DNA of 64,000 nucleotides, taken from Paraspadella gotoi (Eukaryota; Animalia; Chaetognatha). The notes below the pieces were generated by a model. It was not told where the DNA came from and did not search any database. It saw only the letters and a program-made list of their open reading frames with translations. The number at the start of each line of letters is the position of its first letter. Position 1 is the stretch's first letter. A program made the position numbers and the translations under genes. Location: NCBI GenBank assembly GCA_051294375.1, contig CM119263.1, positions 10,996,703 through 11,060,702 on the forward strand, given 5' to 3'. This document shows positions 56,347-64,000 of the stretch, piece by piece.

Positions 56347-57424
56347 ATTTTACTAAAATATTAAAGGGGATTTTTCNNNNNNNNNNNNNNNNNNNNNNNN
56401 NCCGAACCGAGGATTTCGAGAAGATGAAGGGGACGGCGCAGTGGAGAGGAGCGGCTCCCATTAATGCCTCCTGTCGTTGGACAATTATCAGCGAGTGGCG
56501 CTTCCATTGTCAAGGCCGTCTCTACCAGATCAGCATCGAGGAAGATTTCTTACTTATAACCGACATGAAATGATTAAAACAATAAACAATTATATTTATC
56601 GTTCTTAATCAACGTTCCTCGCAAAGTGAATTTGGCCTTAAGCCGCGAGCCGATTTTCAAACCTCTGAGTTCATCAGTTCCACACGTCGTCCGTCGTCGT
56701 CGTCTGAGGCTTAAACCATAAGTACGAGACGGGAATGGTGGGTTGGAACGTAAGGCCACGGGAGCAGGGGGACCTCGGGAAACGTTGGTTCTCTGGGCGT
56801 GTGAGTTAGACGGTGTTTCGCGAAATACAGACGGGTAAATCCGAAAGAGCGTTGAGGCATGTGCTACAGAGACGTGAGATGGCGCCAGGGATGACGCCGA
56901 TTCCAGGTTCCATGGAATCGTGACGTTTCACATTCGATTTTTTTTTTCACTCGGTCGGTTTCGCTTCGCAGACCCGCTTTACAACATCGTTCACTGCCTC
57001 GAGCGACGCGTTCGTTGCAGACACTGCTACATCGCTCCTTCATTCATTATCGTTTGTGATTTCACTTCGCTTCATTCACGACCGTCCGGCGCCACGTTCG
57101 TCTCAGGAAAGCAGTATTCAAGCTCGCGGGTCTGTTACTCGTTCACGGGTGTCGTGTCGAAGCTTTTTCGATTTACAATTTACTCGTTTTCAACGTCGTT
57201 GACATTATAAACTACATACGATCGAGACATCGCTCACGTCCTCCTCCACCGTCTCACGGTTACTATCTCCCTTTCACACGCAAAACGTGATAACTTGTCC
57301 GAAGAGCGAATTGAAAGAGAAAAATACAACATAAAAAAAAGAAAAAAAAGGAAAAAAAAACTTATCGAACATGCGAAGGCCCTCTGTCGGAAGGGGCGGT
57401 AGAAAGGAAAAGCAAATAGTCGAA

Positions 57425-57531
<107 letters not shown>

Positions 57532-57856
57532 GAAATTTACGTGTTTATTTCCTCATTACAATCGGAAATTTTTTTCTCTCGCGTGTTTGTGAGGGTAAAC
57601 GAAACAACAGACCGAAATACAACTTCATTAGTAGATAGAAAGCAATTAATTTCGTCACTGTCGTCGTCGTCGTTTTCGTCGTCGTCGTCGTCGTCGTTCT
57701 CCTGGTCGTCGATCGGGCGCCCATTAGGTGGTAGAAATTATATGACAGGAGTTATCTCAATCAGTTGGTCATGAGAATAAAGTTTCACGGTTTTTTGAAA
57801 TTGGTCCTACGTTCTTTTTTTTTCGTTCGTTTATTCTTTCGTTTTTCCACGAGGAA

Positions 57857-57927
<71 letters not shown>

Positions 57928-58941
57928 CAAAATATAAAAACTTGATTAAAACTTGTTTACAACTTGCTTGAAATATTTCTAATAACAGCCTTTTACAGAT
58001 TCTTTCAATTGTTCCTCCTTACATTTTCTTTATCTTCACTCATTTTTTAATTTTTTATTCTTCCTTTTTTTCTTGACTTTTTTTTGGATTCTCTTCTATC
58101 GATATCTTGCAGAGCACTTCCATTCATTTTTCCGAGTTCCCACCATTAATTATCGTCCCTTACTTTCGATCCTCCCTTACTCTTTCTCTTAAAGCTATTC
58201 TCACTGGCTTCATTCTTCCTTCCTTAATAATTCCGTACATTCTTCTTTTAAAGCTTCCATTCATTTTTTCCTTCCAAGCTTTCATTCGTGTCCCATTCAA
58301 CCTTCTTTACCGTTTCCATTCATTCTTCTTTTACCCCCCCCCTCGATTTGCCTTTTGGGCTTCTTTCACTCCTTCATTCATAAATCAACCTTCAATTCTC
58401 TCCAGATCCACTCGTCGTTTCTCTTCCTCCCTTTTAAGGATATCGTACATACTTGTTTCTTCCCTATTTTTTTTCCTTTTCGTTTTATTCCTTCTTTCCT
58501 TCTCAGTATTTCTTTATTTTTCTCATTCTTTCTTTTTGTGAATTTCCATTTTCCCTCTCCTTTTTTCCTCCTTCTCTCTCAATCTGCAATTCTTTTCTTT
58601 TCCTTCCTTTTCACCTTTTTTATTCCATCTCGGGCCTCCCATTTTAATCTCCAAACTTTTCTCATTGCTTCTAAAATCTACTTTCCTCTTTCCTTTACTA
58701 TCACTCCCTCACCTTTTTCTTTTCTTATTTCCTTCTCTCTTTCACTCTCACTCTCTAACCTCACCTCTCCGCCTCCTTCTCACCCTTTACTTACCAATCG
58801 TCGTTTTTTCCCTTCGCCCTTCGCTTCGGTCCTCAAATTCCCAAATCTCACTTAACCGAAGTCCGATTTTCATTAATCACATTTTCCGTCAATTTTCTCT
58901 TCGCGATCCTGGTTTACTCATCCTGAGCTGACTCGGTTTTT

Positions 58942-58993
<52 letters not shown>

Positions 58994-59024
58994 ATATCTA
59001 TCTATCTTTCTATCTATCTTTCTG

Positions 59025-59099
<75 letters not shown>

Positions 59100-59232
59100 G
59101 TCAATCTATCTATCTATCCCTTCTTCTCTCGGCCAGTCGGCCACCCATGCACATTTGGGCTCCAACTTTTACCTTTAATCTTTCTTTTCTCTTCCCTCGT
59201 GATTCCTAGGTTTTGTGGTTAAGTACCTTTCA

Positions 59233-59344
<112 letters not shown>

Positions 59345-61076
59345 CTCTTTCCTCTCGCGTTTCCAACTAATAATAATACGTACTAATGATTCGATTTAAA
59401 ATGTTCAAAGTATTAAATTTGCCTTTCAAATTCATTCTTTTGTCTTACTTACTTTCTTTCTTCTTTCTTTCTTTCGTTCTTTCGTTCTTTCGTTCTTTCG
59501 TTCTTTCGTTCTTTTTTTACTTTCTTTCTTTCTTTTATTTTGTTTCTTTTTCTCTTTGTTGTTTTATTTCTTTCGAGTTCAAAATTTTTTTCCTTCATTC
59601 TTCCTTCTCTTTTCTTTCTTTTCAGGTAATTTATTAGATTAAATTCTCTACACCTCGAAATCCTTTTTGTTACTAACGCTCTACTAGTCGCGCTGGGACG
59701 TGAGTGGTGAATGGTGATATCAGGTGGCAGGGTGATGGCCGGACAGACAAACTGACAAGTTTTTGAAAATAAATTCAATGAAGAATTTATGATTTGTATT
59801 GGAAGTATTGAATGCTCAGTTAATAAAAAATAATTGTTGGAAAACGTCTAAACGTAAAAGAGATGAGCATTTCTTTCCATGATCAAAAATCATAAAATTA
59901 AATAATGATTACGTGCTGTAGCGCAAATGACACAGAGCCATTCTTGAACTCTTTTATGTATTCGAAACTGTGATGGGGCCGGTTATAGCGACTGCACCAT
60001 ATTGCGTCTTACTGAAGCGTCAGCACCATTCCTTTGGTTTTCTTAGTCTCTGGGGCGTCGTGTCTGTGGTGGAGGAAAGATGTGGGGGGGATAGAGAGAA
60101 AAACAGAATAAAAAAAAGAGAGGAGGATAGAAACAAAAAAGGTAGAGAGAGAAAGATGGAGGAAAGAGAAAGAGGGAGAAACAGACAGAGAGAGAGAGAG
60201 ACAACGACTCTTCTCTCTTGAATGATGGAACCAAAAATCCCGGAGGATTTCCTGGGAATTTCTCCTCGTCGCCGCTCCGACGCCGACGACGATGACGACG
60301 ACGACGACGACGACGCCGACGCCGACGACGACGACGCCGACGACGACGACGACGCGGACGATGACGACGACGCCGACGACGACGACGACGAAGACGTCCC
60401 CGACGCCAGCGCCATCATTTGCTGGCGATTTCATCATCGTCGCAGAACATTTTTTCCCTCTATATTTTTGAGTTTTTAATAATTTTTTTCAATTAGTTTC
60501 AGGTTTTTTATTTACACTTTATATATTAGTCCTGATATTCACACCTATAATTAAATTCTGAAAAATTTAAAAATTATTTTAAGGAAATTTGATTTCGGTT
60601 TGAGTCAAGGCTTTTAAAGAGCGAAAACACTCAAATAAACCGCTAACTAATTTAAAATCATTTTAATAGATTTTTTATTTTTATTTTCAATTAATAAAAA
60701 AAAAATGTAGAATTAATTTTTCCGAGATAAAAATGGATAAAAATTAAAGAACGTATGTTTCGTCGCCACGGGATGAGGCTCGTTGGCTCGGGGTAAGGGA
60801 TCGTTTTCCATCTCGCGATTCAACTCATTTTCCTTCCCCGGGGATCCTTTTCTAACTCTCGTTTTTATTTCACTCGGAATCGGCTCAAATTCTTTCTTCC
60901 CCCCGTTCCCTCCGGTTTTTTTTTATTCCCCATCCGCTTTTTTCGTTTTTATTCCCCACCTTTTGCCTCTCGTTTTATTCCCGACCTTTTTTTCTCGTTT
61001 TATTCCCAATTCGTCCGTTTTCCCTTAAGCTTTGTCCTACCTTAGAAGATTGTCTCTCTCTCTCTCTGTCTTCCTG

Positions 61077-61150
<74 letters not shown>

Positions 61151-62645
61151 TCTCACCCTCGCGTCCTGTCTCCCCGGTGGAGACTTTCATTTTTATCTTC
61201 GAGTTTCGAAATTTGATTATTCTTTGCGAATTCAATTCGTTTTCAACCCAATAAAACTTGAAACTATGACTTTTAATTCACGTTTCCTATATTTAATTTT
61301 AAAACATTTCTTTCCAAACACGCGATTCATTAAAGGTGGCCAAAAAAAAAAATTGTCTCACCATTTCAGAAATTTATTTTTATCGTTAAATTTCTTTTTT
61401 CCTCTACGCCCCAAGCGTGAATCTCGGGCATTATGATCGCGTGATTTTAATCCGTCAAGAGACTAACAAAGTATTGTGTCCTTTCAAAGTTTTATCACAA
61501 TTACCATAATGGCGCCGAGGGCGTCGATGGTGAAAAGAAAAAGGCGTAAGAGACGAATCTAACGAAAAAGAAAAAAAAAACCTTAGGCTAAGACGACATT
61601 ACCCGAAAAAAAGAGATAACGATCACGGAAAAATACGTCGGCGTTTGAAAAAGAAAGCGAAGAACTCGCGGGGCAAGAGCTGCGTCGTTGCGAAAAATAA
61701 TTCCTTTAAATATTTTGTATTTTGATTCAGCTTGATACTTTTTTTTTAATATACAGGTAGATTCTGTTTTGTGGCGCAAACAAGAGCCAGATCTGGTTAT
61801 CACGCATTCTAAAGTGACAAAAAACGGAAAGGTTATCAGCCTCATTACCATTGTCAGGTGTGTTCTCTTATCCATAAGAAAACGGGCAAATAAATCGAAG
61901 AAATGAAGGAGAAGAAAAAAAAATCATCTGAAAAGAAAAATAAATGAAAAAAAGAAAAAAAATTTCTTTTACGTATCATATAAAACCCTTGAAATTCAGA
62001 AATTAATCATGTTTATCATTCGTTTTAAAATAATATTGCGCAATTGTGAATTGAAAAAAGGTAGATATTTAAATATCTTTTTATTATGAATTATCCGTCC
62101 GATTTGACCCTTTTGTTAAAATGTCTTAATTAAGTCGGCTTTTCTAAGTCTGACTAATTTATTTCGTCTGAAATTCGTTTGTTTTGACTCATAAAAAGTC
62201 TTCTCCAACAGTCGCCACCCCCTACTTGCTAATAAGTGAAGTCGCGTAAATCGGGTGAGCGGATTCTTCTCTGTTTTTGTTTTTTTGTTTATCCCATAAT
62301 CGGTTACGTCTTTTCCCGGATGATGACTTTCTCGAAACTCCCACGAGCGGAGTTTATATCGAGATGAGGCCCTGATCGTTTTTCGTGCTTCTCTTACCAA
62401 ACGGGAAGAGAAATAGGAATTGATACAACCATTTTTTAAAGTTTTAGTTTGTACATGTAAAAACCATTCTACGTAATCCATCTGTCTTCCGTCAACAACA
62501 ACAAAAAGGAAAACCAATCAAATCTGACGTCGCAATTGTTCTTTCTCAAGAATCGTGTTTGCCCATGGGCTAGCAGATGTCACCTAGGAAACGTCTTTTG
62601 TTTCTTCTTCGCTAATTAACGCGCGTCTTTTTTCTCCTTTCCAGA

Positions 62646-63987
62646 ATGTCAACCAAGTTGCAGGCTTCTCTTCTTTCTCGCGTTGGGCGTGGCGAGCCAA
62701 ATCACAACTGCCGCCTCTACTCAGCCCACGCCCACATCCTCCTCGCCATACTAACGATTTTCCGGACGACGCCGTCTCACGCAGCCCCGACGACTCCGCT
62801 TGTAGGCGCCGCCCCTTCTGAAACTGGCGTCGAAAGATCAGACATCGTCGTCGATCAGCCGGTTCGCGCGAGTGGCTTATCCGTCGTTGAAAAAGGAGAC
62901 GCCTCCACCGCCGACGCCATCGATTCGAAAGATTTCCGATCTCCTTCCTTTTTCCTTCCTTCCTTTTCTTCGTTTTCACGAGACCCGAATGACCCGAAGC
63001 CGCGTCACGCCAACGCCTCTCACGTCGGTGACCCCCGGGGAGACGACCTTCGCGACCCCGCGGATCCCTCTTCCCTCTTTCCCGCGGACCCGGCCGCTCC
63101 GCCCCTCGTTCCCGCCCCTCTGATCCCCGCACCCCTTTCTCCGTTGGTCCCCGCGCCCCGCCCACCTCGCGACCCCGCCACGCCCTCTTTCGCTCGCGAC
63201 GGCTTCGCCAACGTCACGTCTCCTAATCCCTCGTCTCGCGCGCGGTTCGTTTCAGCGGCGGCTTCCCCGGCGTCAAAGGTGACGAGCGACGCGGCGACGC
63301 CGGATTCCCGAGGATCAAAACCTAATGACGCCGCCGAGGCAAACGACGTTGGATCAAAGGGTGCCGGTCAAGGATCGGCGGGCGTTGATGCGGGATCACT
63401 GGGTGCCGAGGTGGGATCACTAGGCGCCGACGTAGGATCACTAGACGCCCACTTCGGATCGCCGATTGCCGCGAAAGCATCGACGAGTGCCGAAGAGTCG
63501 GTGGAGAATGCCGAAGCCAAATCTGTCGATAGCGAGGATGACGAAAGTGCGTTAAGCGTTGTCGTCGAGACTTCAGTCGGAAGAGACGATAATCCGTCTA
63601 AAACGAAGGGAGATTCAACGAAACCTGACGAAATATCACAGGATGCGACCCAAAAGTCTATTGAATCCTTTGCGACGATCGAAGACGAATTGGAGGGCGA
63701 AGCGATCGCCGATGTCGATCGTCCTCTTCATCGTCAAGACGTCGACGCGGAAAGTTTATCGCCTCTTTTGGTTTTACCCGTGAAAAATAGCGACGACCCG
63801 AATTCGCCAACGAAAAACTCTGGAGAGAAGAAAAAAGACGCGAAGCTCGCGGACGCGAAAGAAAGCGACGCCGCTATGAAAGACGCACCGGCCCCGCGCC
63901 ATCGCAAAAGAAGCGCCGGTGCAAAAACCGGCGTCAAATCCAAAGCGGAAAACGTTTTAGAGCGCGTCGTCACAGAAACCACTTCCG
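62646..63987 (+). CDS. First coding exon (447 codons plus 1 nt) of a large, probably secreted or membrane protein; continues beyond the window
   Basis: Acceptor tttctcctttccag|aATG and an uninterrupted GC-rich frame to a phase-1 donor G|GTGAGA. Contains a hydrophobic segment (HILLAILTIF...SHA), Pro/Ser/Asp-rich low complexity and a furin-like RHRKR|SA site. Absent from the ORF track because no stop occurs before the window end. Confidence 0.7.
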
Positions 63988-64000
63988 GTGAGATAGGGGG

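Noticed and set aside
56640-56680. Second CTGATGA...GAAA on the minus strand (possible hammerhead)
   Set aside because: Stem II and III geometry and the cleavage triplet do not fit.
60222-60479. Poly-Asp ORF
   Set aside because: A (GAC)n trinucleotide repeat open in several frames, with no splice or homology support.

Overview
Draft-quality animal (invertebrate-type) genomic DNA with spliceosomal introns and N gaps; not prokaryotic, no CRISPR. Positions 1-19.4 kb hold seven tightly packed genes, all on the minus strand: TAF5L > SMU1 > SLC25A42 > MRPL11 > MED30 > an intronless 264-aa orphan ORF > TBC1D8/9. Stop-to-ATG gaps are as short as 88 and 124 nt, and some gaps carry splice-acceptor-like signals, which suggests a polycistronic, trans-spliced operon. 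An intronless 361-aa gene nested antisense in an SMU1 intron looks like a miniaturised calsyntenin. Next come a divergent PBK/TOPK kinase, an unassigned multi-pass membrane gene with a Tyr-rich tail, an N-acylated globin with unusual intron positions inside a ~5-kb tandem duplication (possibly an assembly artefact), and an RDH/HSD17B6-like SDR. A ~20-kb microsatellite-rich, gene-poor stretch follows, containing a ~1.3-kb inverted duplication, and then the first coding exon of a large, probably secreted protein. Repeats include a tRNA-derived SINE, hAT- and Tc1/mariner-type MITEs, Helentron-like repeats and a Penelope-type hammerhead ribozyme motif. Gene identities come from recalled motif similarity, not database searches.
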